Shown: positions 38,570 to 48,552 of the stretch, piece by piece
Layout: each line of letters opens with the position of its first letter
Position numbering within the stretch: position 1 is the first letter of the stretch
Source of the DNA: a bacterium
Lineage (GTDB): Bacteria > UBA8248
Length of the DNA: 64,000 nucleotides
NCBI GenBank assembly: GCA_965221165.1
Contig: CBDCRP010000002.1
Coordinates: 1,248,001-1,312,000 of the forward strand
Direction: 5' to 3'
Position numbers and translations under genes: made by a program
The notes under the pieces: generated by a model
The model's database searches: none
Told to the model about the DNA's origin: nothing
What the model saw: the letters and a program-made list of their open reading frames with translations, nothing else

Positions 38570-38827
38570 ATGATGCGTGAGCATATTACCCGATCGGAAA
38601 AGCAGTTGGGAGCCGCCCTGCGCCGAGTCCGCAAGCAGTGTGGTCTCACACAGGCTGAACTAGGCGAAAAAATCCATATGCGCCAAGCCACCATCTCCAA
38701 GCTTGAGGGCGGCTCGTCGGCAAGCCGACTCCACACCCTCATGGCGTCTCTCGCCGCTCTGGATCTGGAACTGGTCGTGCGTCCGCGCAGCCGGAGCGCG
38801 AGCGATGAGATTGAGGTGCTGTTCTGA
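38570..38827 (+). CDS. hipB: HipB-like XRE/HTH antitoxin
   Basis: LRRVRK..GLTQ.EL......Q.TIS.LE.G; AGGAGG RBS; upstream of hipA. Confidence 0.9.
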   Translation: MMREHITRSEKQLGAALRRVRKQCGLTQAELGEKIHMRQATISKLEGGSSASRLHTLMASLAALDLELVVRPRSRSASDEIEVLF

Positions 38828-40146
38828 TAGCCAGACGACGCACCTACATACCGCTGGCCGTCTATATGAACAGCCGCCTCCTCGGGCGGTTGCGCAAGGC
38901 GTCGAGCGGAGCCATCGATTTTCGCTACGATGATAGTTGGCTCGCCTGGGAGAACGGTTTTCCGGTTTCACGCTCCTTGCCGCTGCGTGAGGATCGCTAT
39001 GTCGGAGAACCTGTCGTCGCCGTGTTCGACAATCTGCTCCCCGATAACCCCGACATCCGCCACAAGCTGGCCGAGCGCACCCACGCGGACGGCTCAGACG
39101 TCTTCAGTCTGCTCGGCGCTCTCGGCCGCGATTGCGTCGGCGCTATGCAGTTGCTCCCGGAAGGAGAAGAGCCCGGTCCGGCCGGTTTGGTTAGCGGATA
39201 TGTCTTGAGTGACGACGAAATTGCCAAGAGACTCGCCAATCTGGGCAACAATCCGCTTGGTGTCGGCATGGACGAAGAGTTCCGCATTTCACTCGCGGGC
39301 GCACAGGAAAAGACCGCCCTCCTATACTGGAAAGGCGAGTGGCACCTCCCGCACGGTACGGCGGCGACGACCCATATTCTCAAACCGCAGATAGGGCGGC
39401 TCGGTGACGGCGTCGATCTTTCGCTCTCCGTCGAGAACGAGCATCTTTGCATGCGACTCTTCTCCATGCTCGGCCTGCCTGTGGCCAACACCCGCATGGA
39501 GACGTTCGGTGAGAAGAAAACGCTGGTAGTGGAGCGTTTCGACCGGCTCTGGACGAAAGACGGACGCCTCTTGCGCCTGCCGCAAGAAGACTGCTGCCAG
39601 GCGCTTTCGGTGCCCTCGGCTAAAAAATACGAGAGCGACGGCGGACCAGGGCTTCCCGACCTGCTCGACTTGTTCATTGGCAGCGATAAACCGGGATATG
39701 ATCGTAAGATGATCTTGAAGGCGACTGTCGCCTTCTGGCTCCTCGCCGCCATCGACGGCCATGCCAAGAACTTCAGCCTGTTCCTTCATCCGCGCGGAGG
39801 GTTTTCGCTGACGCCGCTCTATGACGTGATGTCGATTCAGCCGGTCTTCGACGCGCACCAACTCCGGCAACGCGATGTGAAGATGGCCATGGCGATCGGC
39901 GAAAAACGCCATTACCACGTAAATGAGATTATGCCGCGCCATTTTCTACAAACGGCGGGAGCCTGCGGAATGGGCGAGAGCATCGTCCGGGAGATATTCG
40001 TAGAGCTTCTTGAGCGAGGAAAGGCGGCGATTTCAAGTGTAGAGAATCATTTGCCGCCTGATTTTCCCGAAACGCTTTTAGAGAACATTTCGAGAGGCTT
40101 CCTCGCACGCTTACGTTTGCTGGAGCGTTGGGTATCGGCTTCATGA
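38827..40146 (+). CDS. hipA: HipA family toxin kinase (expected start codon is ATA; first ATG at 38866)
   Basis: G.DCVGA, RISLAGAQEKTAL, TTHILKP, SVENE, VERFDR, QED.CQAL, DGHAKNFS, L.PLYDV. Confidence 0.9.
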   Translation: MARRRTYIPLAVYMNSRLLGRLRKASSGAIDFRYDDSWLAWENGFPVSRSLPLREDRYVGEPVVAVFDNLLPDNPDIRHKLAERTHADGSDVFSLLGALGRDCVGAMQLLPEGEEPGPAGLVSGYVLSDDEIAKRLANLGNNPLGVGMDEEFRISLAGAQEKTALLYWKGEWHLPHGTAATTHILKPQIGRLGDGVDLSLSVENEHLCMRLFSMLGLPVANTRMETFGEKKTLVVERFDRLWTKDGRLLRLPQEDCCQALSVPSAKKYESDGGPGLPDLLDLFIGSDKPGYDRKMILKATVAFWLLAAIDGHAKNFSLFLHPRGGFSLTPLYDVMSIQPVFDAHQLRQRDVKMAMAIGEKRHYHVNEIMPRHFLQTAGACGMGESIVREIFVELLERGKAAISSVENHLPPDFPETLLENISRGFLARLRLLERWVSAS

Positions 40147-40192
40147 TGCGGCGCGCACACCGCCTCCTCATCCAAAAAAACACGCACCCCCT

Positions 40193-41857
40193 CTACTTCT
40201 TCACCGCGTCCTTGCGCCTTGGTTCCGGGAAGACGTCCTGATCGATGATCACGTCGACGACGGCGGGGCCTTCTTCCTTAAGCGCCTGCGCGTAGGCGTC
40301 CTCCAAATCTTCGGGGTCCTCCACGCGGTAGCCCGCCGCGCCGAAGACGCGGGCGTATTCGTCGAACCTGGGGTTGCCGATGGCGTCGGCGATGTAGCGC
40401 CCATCATAGAAATGCTTCTGGTAGGCGCGCTCGGAACCCAAATTGAAATTGTTCAGGATGACGCAGACGGTCGGAAGGTTCTCGCGCATCGCGGTTTCGA
40501 GCTCGGCCCCGTTGCACAAAAACGCGCCGTCACCGCTGATGGTGACGACTTTTTGATGCGGACGCGCCAGCTTCGCTCCCAGCCCCAGGGGATAGCCGAT
40601 GCCGATGGCCGCCAGATCCTGCGGAGCCACGAAACTCCTGGCCTGATCGAACCTCTGGTATTCATAGATATAGCCCGCGGCGCTGCCCGCGTCGTTCGTG
40701 ATGATGGTGTTCTCGGGCAGAACTCTTGCGAGGGCCATCTGCGCGCGCCTGGGGTCGATGGGCTTTCCGCCGTATTCCAGCGCCCGGTCGCGGTGTTTTT
40801 CCTGTGCGGCGCGCACCGCGGCGGCCTCCGCGCGCCACGCGGGGCGCTGGGTCCTCTCGCCCAGCACGCCGAGCACGGCCTTTAGCGCAGGGCCAGCCTC
40901 CGCGTTCATTCCCACCTCGGTCACAAAATTCCTGCCGATGTTATGCGGGTCCACGGCCGCGTGAATGAGCTTGGCGCCCCCGAAGAAATCGGGGCGCAGA
41001 AACGTGGTCGAATGCGCGAGCCGGGTGCCGACGGCGAACACGACGTCCGCCGTCTCGAAAAGCGCACGCGCCTCGGGCAGCGTTCCCCGGCCAATCGAAC
41101 CCAGGAACAGGGAATGCCCGTTCGGAACCACGTCGTCCCTCCCCGTGGAGGTCATGATGGGCGCGTCGAGCGCTTCGGCGAGTGCGACGAGTTCATCGCT
41201 CGCCTCGTCCCAGAGCACGCCGCCGCCGCCGATGAGCAGGGGCCGCTCGGCGGTTTTCAAGAGCGACGCCGCGCGCGCGACGGCATCGGGGTCGGGAGCG
41301 AGCCGCGCCCTGCTCATGGGCGCCGAGCCATTCCCTTCCGGATAATCCGCCCTCTCGTTCAACACGTCGCGCGGCAGGTCGACGTGCACGGGGCCGGGCA
41401 CGCCCGAGGTCGCCACGTGGTAGGCCTCGCGAATCACGTCGAATGCGCGCTCGGGCTTTCTCACCTGCACCGACCACTTCACCATCGGGGCGAACATGGC
41501 GATCTGGTCGAGTTCCTGGGTGGAATCGCGGAAGGTGTCCTTCATCATGGGAGCGCCGGTGATGACCAGCACCGGGCTTTGCGCCATCATCGAATGCGCA
41601 ACGCCGGTGACGAGGTTCGTGGCTCCGGGGCCGTTGGTCGCCATGCAGACGCCCACCTCTCCCGTGAGCCGCGCGAAGGCGTCCGCCATCAGGGCGGCGC
41701 TTTGCTCGTGACGCACCGTGAGGAAAGAAATGTCCTCGCGGCCGTACATGCCGTCCAGTATCTCGATCATGCACGAACCCGCCATGCCGATTACGTGCTT
41801 CACCCCCAGTTTCGCCAGCGCATCCGCCACCGCGTGTCCAGCCGTCATGCTCACCAT
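40193..41857 (-). CDS. ThDP-dependent enzyme (acetolactate synthase / Xsc-like family)
   Basis: RHEQ.AA.MAD, GPGATN, PGPVHVDLP, GDGAF...N ThDP motif, NPxF. Confidence 0.9.
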   Translation of the reverse strand: MVSMTAGHAVADALAKLGVKHVIGMAGSCMIEILDGMYGREDISFLTVRHEQSAALMADAFARLTGEVGVCMATNGPGATNLVTGVAHSMMAQSPVLVITGAPMMKDTFRDSTQELDQIAMFAPMVKWSVQVRKPERAFDVIREAYHVATSGVPGPVHVDLPRDVLNERADYPEGNGSAPMSRARLAPDPDAVARAASLLKTAERPLLIGGGGVLWDEASDELVALAEALDAPIMTSTGRDDVVPNGHSLFLGSIGRGTLPEARALFETADVVFAVGTRLAHSTTFLRPDFFGGAKLIHAAVDPHNIGRNFVTEVGMNAEAGPALKAVLGVLGERTQRPAWRAEAAAVRAAQEKHRDRALEYGGKPIDPRRAQMALARVLPENTIITNDAGSAAGYIYEYQRFDQARSFVAPQDLAAIGIGYPLGLGAKLARPHQKVVTISGDGAFLCNGAELETAMRENLPTVCVILNNFNLGSERAYQKHFYDGRYIADAIGNPRFDEYARVFGAAGYRVEDPEDLEDAYAQALKEEGPAVVDVIIDQDVFPEPRRKDAVKK

Positions 41858-41977
41858 CAATCCGTTCTCCTTAAAAAACGCCGAAGCGAGCGCGAGCCCT
41901 TGCGCTCCGTTTCTGACCAAATTTTTTGTCCGTTGAGATTAGGCCCCGCGCGCGCGATTCGTCAAAGGCCTTAGGCG

Positions 41978-42706
41978 TTAGCCCACGTTTCCTTTCGCGT
42001 GTATGGCGTTGGCGATGAGGTTCACCGCATGATCCGCGTTCGCCTCGGGTCTGGCCGTCTCCGCGAAGCGGTAAAAACTCTTTGTCGGCTTTAATGAGTC
42101 GCCACCCAAGCCCACCAGGTCTGCGCAGAGACGCATCGCTTCCGCATCCAGCTCCGAGTCCGCCACCACGTGATTCACCATGCCGACCCGCCTGCCCTCT
42201 TCGGTGTCGATCTCACGCCCCGTGATGACCATCTCGAAACCGTGACGCCGACTCAGCTTTCTCGCCAGATGACTGATGACCACCGTGGGCGGAAAACCCT
42301 CCCTGATCTCGGGAAAGGCGATTCGCGCGGTATCGGAAGCCGGCACGATGTCCGCGCGGCTGATAAGGCCCGCCCCCGGCCCGTAGGCGCGGCCTCTCAA
42401 GGCCGCCACCGTCACGGCGGGAGAAAACTCCAGGGCGTCGTTCATCCTCACGATTGCCCGGAAACGCTCCCTTATCACGTTCACGGGCGGTAGTTGCGCG
42501 CCGCCGCGCACGCTCTCTCTCCCTGCTCAAAAAACCGCACCCTCTCCGCTCAGCAGCACGACGTCGCATTCCTCGCCCGCCTGAAGGAGGGCTTCGGTGA
42601 GTTCTCCCATCATCTCGAACGTCAGGCGATTCGCCTGAGAGGCGCGCGCGAGCGTGACGCGGCCCATAGCGTTTTCTTTCTCATAGCGAACAGACGCAAT
42701 TTTCAT
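41978..42706 (-). CDS. Crotonase-family gene interrupted by an in-frame TGA at codon 60 (selenocysteine candidate or nonsense pseudogene)
   Basis: ATG 42706 after AGGGGG: MKIASVRYEKENAMGRVTL...SGEGAVF-TGA(42527-42529)-AGRES... continues in frame into the 41978..42511 ORF (FPE, GMVNHVV); 242 codons plus stop. Confidence 0.75.
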
Positions 42707-42900
42707 CCCCCTGGAGCAGAAGCCTGATTCCCCGAAAAAAACCGGGAATCATCCCATTTAGATATCTCATGCCGTTTTCATCGGGCGTAAAATCCAGTTA
42801 ACCTATTGATATTTCTTAAATTATCTATTATTATAAATCTCATTTGGAATCTATTTTCCGCAGTATGTAATCAAATCGAAAGCGCGCCAATTCAAACTCC

Positions 42901-43271
42901 CGCGCATCCCGGAGCGTCACAGTCGGACCATATGCAACCACTCTCCAAAATACGATTTGCAATAGCTCGCCAACGGCGTGCCCGGCGCCTCACGACGTTC
43001 ATAAAGGAACTAACTCTCCACACTCCTTGGTGGAGCCCGGCCTGCGCCTGTTGCAGGCCGAAGCCGTGACGGCGCCGAAGGATATCCCGTATGGCCATCA
43101 TGCCGGTCCTCTTCACCGAGCCCCTGCCTCCTCGCTTCGTTCGACGGAACGATGAGGCGGAGACGGGAGAGTATCGGCGCGCGCCGGAACGTGGATGCCG
43201 TTGCAGCCCGACAGCCGACCGGCCCGTGCCGGAAACCCGGCCCCGGACGGTCAAATGCTTCCGGATTTGCA
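42901..43271 (-). mobile_element. IS21-family remnant (istA N-terminal fragment)
   Basis: Minus-strand MAIRDILRRRHGFGL resembles the IstA N-terminal HTH; end TGCAAATCCGGAAGC at 43271 and a weak inverted counterpart near 42901. Confidence 0.45.
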
Positions 43272-43380
43272 CTTTGACGCTTGAAATATACTCCTGATAA
43301 AATAAAGGCATGGACTGACAGTTGATGAAATATGGAAGTCTGAAATGCGCTAGTCAATCTCTAACAATAGGAGGTTCAAG

Positions 43381-44565
43381 ATGCGCTACTCAATCTCTAT
43401 CAGGCGGCGGCTTCAAATTACCGCAACAGCTGTAGTATTCGGTCTGGCAGTCTTAGTCGTTGCGCCCTTTGGCGATCGCGCCGAGGCGGCGAAAGTATTG
43501 CGGCTGGGCGTGCTCGGCCCTCTTACCGGCGATCTTGCGTTCGGTGGTGAATTCCAGCTCAAGGGGGCGCAACTGCAGGCCGATTTGCTGAACAAGATGC
43601 AGGACAAGATCAAGATCGAGATCATCGCCGAGGATGATGAATCCAAATGTGACGTCTCGGTCTCGGCTGCGCGCAAGCTGATCGCGCGTGACAAGGTTCA
43701 TGCGCTCCTCGGCGCATGGCAAAGCACCTGTACGCTCGCTATCGTTCCGATCACCGCGGCGGCGAAAATTCCGCAATATACAACGAGTGTCGCGGGGCCG
43801 ATCACCCAGCAGGGTTCCAAGTGGATATTCCGAGTTGCCGTTCCGACCAAGGGCCTGAATATAGCAACCATCAATTACGCGGTTAAGAAGCTTGGTCTGA
43901 AAAAGATCGCCATCCTCTCTTCCAATGAGGAGGTCGGAAAATCCTTTTCCGCCAGTACCGCCGCTGTATTGAAAACGCTTGGGCTCAAGCCCGTGGCGAA
44001 ACAGGAATACGCGCGTGGCGACAAGGACTTCACGGGCCAACTCGGCCGTATCAAGGCCGCGGGCGCGGATGCGGTCATCATGGCGACGGGATTCCAGGAG
44101 CAGGCCATCATTGCCCGCCAGGTGAAAGAACTCGGCATGAAGGTTCGGCTTCTCGGCGGCGATACCATCGGCGGGAATCCGAAGTTCGTGGACCTCGGCG
44201 GCAAGCACGTAGAGGGTATGGTGTTCGCCACGACCTTCATCCCCGTAAGTTCCGACAAGCGTCTGGCGCCCTTCATGAAGGCCTACATTGCGAAATACAA
44301 TGAACGTCCCGACCCTTGGGCCGGCGAGTTCTATGACGCGGTGGGCATCGTATTCGAGGCTGTCAAGGCCAACGGCTACGTCCCCGACAGCAAACAGATA
44401 GGCGCGTTTACGCGCAATCTCACCAGCGCGAAAAACAGCTACAGCGGCATCCTGGGCAACGTCTATTTTGCTAAAAACGGAGACGGCGCCTGGGAGCCGA
44501 TCATCGGGGAAATTGTCGATAGCAGCAATGCCGACGGAGAGTTTTGGCGGTCTCTCGGTCGATAG
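43381..44565 (+). CDS. Liv-type (branched-chain amino acid family) ABC substrate-binding protein
   Basis: LGVLGPLTG, EDD, KDFTGQL..IKAAG.D, YDAV; signal peptide. Confidence 0.92.
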   Translation: MRYSISIRRRLQITATAVVFGLAVLVVAPFGDRAEAAKVLRLGVLGPLTGDLAFGGEFQLKGAQLQADLLNKMQDKIKIEIIAEDDESKCDVSVSAARKLIARDKVHALLGAWQSTCTLAIVPITAAAKIPQYTTSVAGPITQQGSKWIFRVAVPTKGLNIATINYAVKKLGLKKIAILSSNEEVGKSFSASTAAVLKTLGLKPVAKQEYARGDKDFTGQLGRIKAAGADAVIMATGFQEQAIIARQVKELGMKVRLLGGDTIGGNPKFVDLGGKHVEGMVFATTFIPVSSDKRLAPFMKAYIAKYNERPDPWAGEFYDAVGIVFEAVKANGYVPDSKQIGAFTRNLTSAKNSYSGILGNVYFAKNGDGAWEPIIGEIVDSSNADGEFWRSLGR

Positions 44566-44578
44566 CGTCTACTTGAAG

Positions 44579-44618
44579 CTCACGGCAGTCCGGTTGCTTG
44601 CAACCGGACTGCCGTGAG
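44579..44618 (+). terminator. Long perfect inverted repeat after the binding-protein gene (terminator or mRNA stabiliser)
   Basis: CTCACGGCAGTCCGGTTGC-TT-GCAACCGGACTGCCGTGAG followed by TGGTTTT. Confidence 0.7.
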
Positions 44619-45017
44619 TGGTTTTCGGGCGGCGACTTGAGGGTTGATGGCCTCATCGCTCGAATATCGGCGCAAAGGCCATTAGTCACGGGTTGTGCTA
44701 TGCGTTCCATTGGCCGAAGTTGCCGCCTAGCAACCTGTCCCAGAAAATCTCCGCCTTGATTGATGACCTGCGACGAAAACCCGCCCCCGCGTTGGCCGAG
44801 AAAATCTGCGGCGAGGCAAAACGACGGAAGAGGTGTCCGGAGGACGAGAAAACTGGCCGAATGGGCTTCGTAACACGGCCAGATCACCAAAATCAGACCG
44901 CCGGATGCCGGCGGTGGAGACCCCATCCCAGCGGTAGTGAAATTTAGGTATGATCACCACGGTATTGAAGGTTATCCGGGGAATGCGGGGTCAACACAAA
45001 CGACGCGGAACGGTGAA

Positions 45018-46976
45018 ATGGGGATAGATTTACATATCGTCACGCAGCAGGTTGTCGGCGGGCTGGCGGTCGGCTGCGTTTATGCCCTGATCGCTCTTGG
45101 CTTCACGATGATGTTGCGGGCCACCGAACTCGTCAACTTTGCACAGGGCGAACTGGTGATGTCCGGCGCCTTCATCGGATATACCCTCTTGGTGGCGACA
45201 CCGCTGCCGTATTTAGCCGTATTCATCGTAGCGAGCATCTTGACGGGCATTCTGGGCATGCTGATCGAGCGCGTAGCCCTGCGCCCGATTCGACTGCGAC
45301 AATCGCCGCTCTTGAATTTGATTATCGCAACAATCGGGATTGGGATATGCCTTCGGCTGGTCTCGCAACTGATATGGGGGGCCGCGCCGCTGCGTTACCC
45401 GGTATCCGTTGGCCAAGTAGGCCATCTTGTCGTGGCCGGGCTGCCTATGAGCATTCAGCATATTTGGATTATCGCCCTTGCCATCCTCTCAATGCTCGGC
45501 CTGCATTACTTCTTTGAGCGAACTCTTCCCGGCATCGCGTGGCGGGCGTCGGCATATGACTCATACACGGCGGAAATTCTGGGTGTAAGTTTTGATCGCG
45601 TCGTCACGATGACTTTCGGCATCAGTTCCATGTTGGCGGGCGCCGCCGGCGTCCTCGTCGCACCATTGTTTTTTGTCGCGCAGGACCTTTGGCTGCAGGG
45701 ACCCCGATCATTCGCCGCTGCGGCACTGGGGCAGTTTCACATACTCGGCACGATGATTGGCGGTCCCATTCTGGGCCTCCTGGAGACTTTCGCCGCGGGT
45801 TACATTTCATCCGCTTACAAGAACGGGATCGCCTTTGGCATCACCATCATTGTGCTGATGCTCGTAGCGATTCCTCGAATGCCGCGTGGCGGGAGCTTGG
45901 TGTTCAGGTACGGGCGGCAATCGATAGCGGACTTGTTTGAGTTGAACGATAAGCAAGCCGCCCATCTCAGGTACGGCATTATCGCCGCGCTCGGTGTCCT
46001 CGCCTTTATTCTGCCGTTGCTCCTCGATACATATGAGATCTACCTCGTCACCCTCATCCTGATCTACGCCACGGCCGCCCTCGGACTGCAGCTCGTAATC
46101 GGATACGCCGGCGCCATCATCGTCGGTCATGCGGCGTTCCTGGGAATTGGCGCCTACACTTCGGCGATCTTGACCGTATACTTTGGCGTTCCATTCCTCC
46201 CCGCAATCATTGCGGCGGCGATTGTCGCCGCTGTGTTCGGGTTGCTGTTCGGACCGATATTGAGGCTGCCGACCCACTTCTGCGCCATCGCGACCCTGGG
46301 TTTTGGCGAGATCATGCATCTCGTGTTCATCAACTGGAAAGACGTAACAAACGGGATGTCGGGCATTAGCGGTATTCGAAAACCGTCCGTCGGCTCCTTT
46401 GTGTTCGAGGAAGGCGCACCCTTCTATTTCCTGACGATAGCCGTACTGGCGATCGTCTTCGCGGCGTTACAGCGCCTGATATCGTCACGTTATGGCCGTG
46501 GATTGATCGCGGCCCGCGAGAACGAGCTGGCTGCGATCTCCATGGGAGTGAATGTTGCATGGTACCGGACGCTCTCCATCTGCATCGGCGCCGGTTGCGC
46601 CGGGATCGCAGGTTCTCTGTATGCCCACTTCTTCTCCTATATCAGTCCGGATTCCTTCACGATCCTGCAGTCGATCGCATTCCTTACGATGGTCGTGCTT
46701 GGCGGTCTCGGTAGCTTTGCCGGCGCCATTATCGGGGCGTTCTTCGTCCTTGGCGTTCCGGAAATGCTGCGTAAGCTTGCGGAGTATCGAATCCTGATCT
46801 TCGGGCTGCTTCTGATCGCGTTCATGATGTTCTTGCCGGGGGGACTGGCGGACCTCGGCCACCGATTGCTATCCATATTCAGACGGAAGGAAGGAACTCC
46901 TGAAGTCTCGGTCGCCAATTCGGAGACAAACGAAATCTTGGCCGCCAATCCGGTGAAAAACAATGTCAATTCTTAA
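45018..46976 (+). CDS. Fused LivH-LivM ABC permease
   Basis: YALIALG.T...NFAQGE (LivH-like), then GHAAF.GIGAY, TLGFGE, RENE.AA..MG (LivM-like) in one frame. Confidence 0.9.
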   Translation: MGIDLHIVTQQVVGGLAVGCVYALIALGFTMMLRATELVNFAQGELVMSGAFIGYTLLVATPLPYLAVFIVASILTGILGMLIERVALRPIRLRQSPLLNLIIATIGIGICLRLVSQLIWGAAPLRYPVSVGQVGHLVVAGLPMSIQHIWIIALAILSMLGLHYFFERTLPGIAWRASAYDSYTAEILGVSFDRVVTMTFGISSMLAGAAGVLVAPLFFVAQDLWLQGPRSFAAAALGQFHILGTMIGGPILGLLETFAAGYISSAYKNGIAFGITIIVLMLVAIPRMPRGGSLVFRYGRQSIADLFELNDKQAAHLRYGIIAALGVLAFILPLLLDTYEIYLVTLILIYATAALGLQLVIGYAGAIIVGHAAFLGIGAYTSAILTVYFGVPFLPAIIAAAIVAAVFGLLFGPILRLPTHFCAIATLGFGEIMHLVFINWKDVTNGMSGISGIRKPSVGSFVFEEGAPFYFLTIAVLAIVFAALQRLISSRYGRGLIAARENELAAISMGVNVAWYRTLSICIGAGCAGIAGSLYAHFFSYISPDSFTILQSIAFLTMVVLGGLGSFAGAIIGAFFVLGVPEMLRKLAEYRILIFGLLLIAFMMFLPGGLADLGHRLLSIFRRKEGTPEVSVANSETNEILAANPVKNNVNS

Positions 46977-47742
46977 AGTGGATGATCTGACCGTGAATTA
47001 TGGGGCGCTCACGGCTCTCTCGAGTGTATCGCTTGAGATTGACAATGGTGAGATACATGGTCTGATTGGTCCCAACGGATCGGGGAAGACGACTCTTTGC
47101 AACGCGATTACGGGGTTTCTGCGCCAAAAATCGGGAGAGGTCGTCTTTAACGGTCAGAATATCAGCTCGACCAGGGCATACAACATGGCCGGCCTGGGTA
47201 TTTCGCGCACCTTTCAAGACCTTCAAGTGTTTTCGGAGATGACGGGGCTCGAGAACGTCATGATCGGTTATCATGGCAAGAGCCGAAGCGGCGTTATCGG
47301 CGGGGTCTTTCGCCCGCCCCGGGTCGTGCGGGAAGATTCGGAAATCAGGGACAGGGCGTATGAGGCGCTTGAATCCGTGCGGCTCGCTCATCTTGCCAAC
47401 CGACCGGCAAACCGGATGTCGTTTGGACAACAACGCATGTTGGAGCTTGCGCGCGCGCTGGTTTCCGATCCGCTGCTCGTCCTGTTGGACGAGCCGGCCG
47501 CGGGTTTAAGTCCGGTGATGTACGAGCGGCTCACCGAAATCCTGGGTAACCTGCGATCTCGCGGGAAGACGAGCATATTGCTGATTGAGCATGTCATTCG
47601 TCTGGTGATGAGCATTTCCGACCGAATTACGGTTCTCGACCACGGCGAGAAGATTGCCGAAGGGACGCCCGCGGTCGTTCGCAAGGATCCGAATGTAATC
47701 GAGGCCTATCTGGGCAAGGCGATGAAATATGTTGACGCTTGA
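46963..47742 (+). CDS. livG: LivG-like ABC ATPase
   Basis: GPNGSGKTT, RTFQ, LLDEPAAGL, LIEH, V.EAYLG. Confidence 0.9.
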   Translation: MSILKVDDLTVNYGALTALSSVSLEIDNGEIHGLIGPNGSGKTTLCNAITGFLRQKSGEVVFNGQNISSTRAYNMAGLGISRTFQDLQVFSEMTGLENVMIGYHGKSRSGVIGGVFRPPRVVREDSEIRDRAYEALESVRLAHLANRPANRMSFGQQRMLELARALVSDPLLVLLDEPAAGLSPVMYERLTEILGNLRSRGKTSILLIEHVIRLVMSISDRITVLDHGEKIAEGTPAVVRKDPNVIEAYLGKAMKYVDA

Positions 47743-48433
47743 GAATATCTGGGCCTCGTATGGCCCCGTGCAGGTACTGAGCGGGGTCTCGCTCGATGTT
47801 CCCGCCGGCAAGGTCATTACCCTACTTGGCGGTAACGGCTCGGGAAAATCGACAACATTGAAAACGATCGTCGGCGCCGTTAAGGCGAGCGACGGCAGCA
47901 TTCGATTCGAAGATAAGGAAATTTGCGGTATGGAACCTCGTGAAATCGTTCCAATGGGCATTTCTCTTGTGCCACAGGGTCGCCGCATCTTCGCGCCACT
48001 GACGGTTATGGAGAACCTGAGGCTCGGCGCTTTCGCGCGGCGGCGCCACAAGAAATCGAAGGATGATTTCGAGATAATCTACGAACGGTTTCCGGAGGTT
48101 CGCCAATGGCTGAGGCGCAAGGGCAATACGCTCAGTGTCGGACAACAGCAGCTCGTCGCATTTGGACGCGGTCTGATCTCGCGGCCGAAGCTTCTGTTGC
48201 TTGATGAACCTTCCTCGGGACTTGCGCCGATCCTTGTCGAGCGCCTGGGCGAAATCATCATGAAACTGAAGGAGGCCGGTATGACGATTCTTCTGGTCGA
48301 GCAAAATGTCCATCTGGCGCTCTCGGTCGCCGACTTCGGGTACATTCTGCGCGACGGCAAGATCTCCATGGCCGGGCCCACCGCCAATCTTGTCGGAGAC
48401 GGTGATCTGATACGCCACTACCTCGGGGGATAA
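47729..48433 (+). CDS. livF: LivF-like ABC ATPase
   Basis: GGNGSGKST, VPQGRRIF, LLDEPS.GLAP, LVEQN. Confidence 0.9.
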   Translation: MLTLENIWASYGPVQVLSGVSLDVPAGKVITLLGGNGSGKSTTLKTIVGAVKASDGSIRFEDKEICGMEPREIVPMGISLVPQGRRIFAPLTVMENLRLGAFARRRHKKSKDDFEIIYERFPEVRQWLRRKGNTLSVGQQQLVAFGRGLISRPKLLLLDEPSSGLAPILVERLGEIIMKLKEAGMTILLVEQNVHLALSVADFGYILRDGKISMAGPTANLVGDGDLIRHYLGG

Positions 48434-48552
48434 AATTTCCGGAACCGCGTGTTGCGACCGATGCGAGACGACAACGGCGCCATCCGAAGGCGAAATGCGT
48501 GTGATCCAGTGACAAGCGCTTGTCACGAGTTTCAAGATAGGAGAATCCGAGT

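Noticed and set aside
44693-44947. 84-aa ORF or possible IS end in the gap between binding protein and permease
   Set aside because: No RBS or recognisable family; the IS-end-like text near 44860-44880 has no clear partner repeat.
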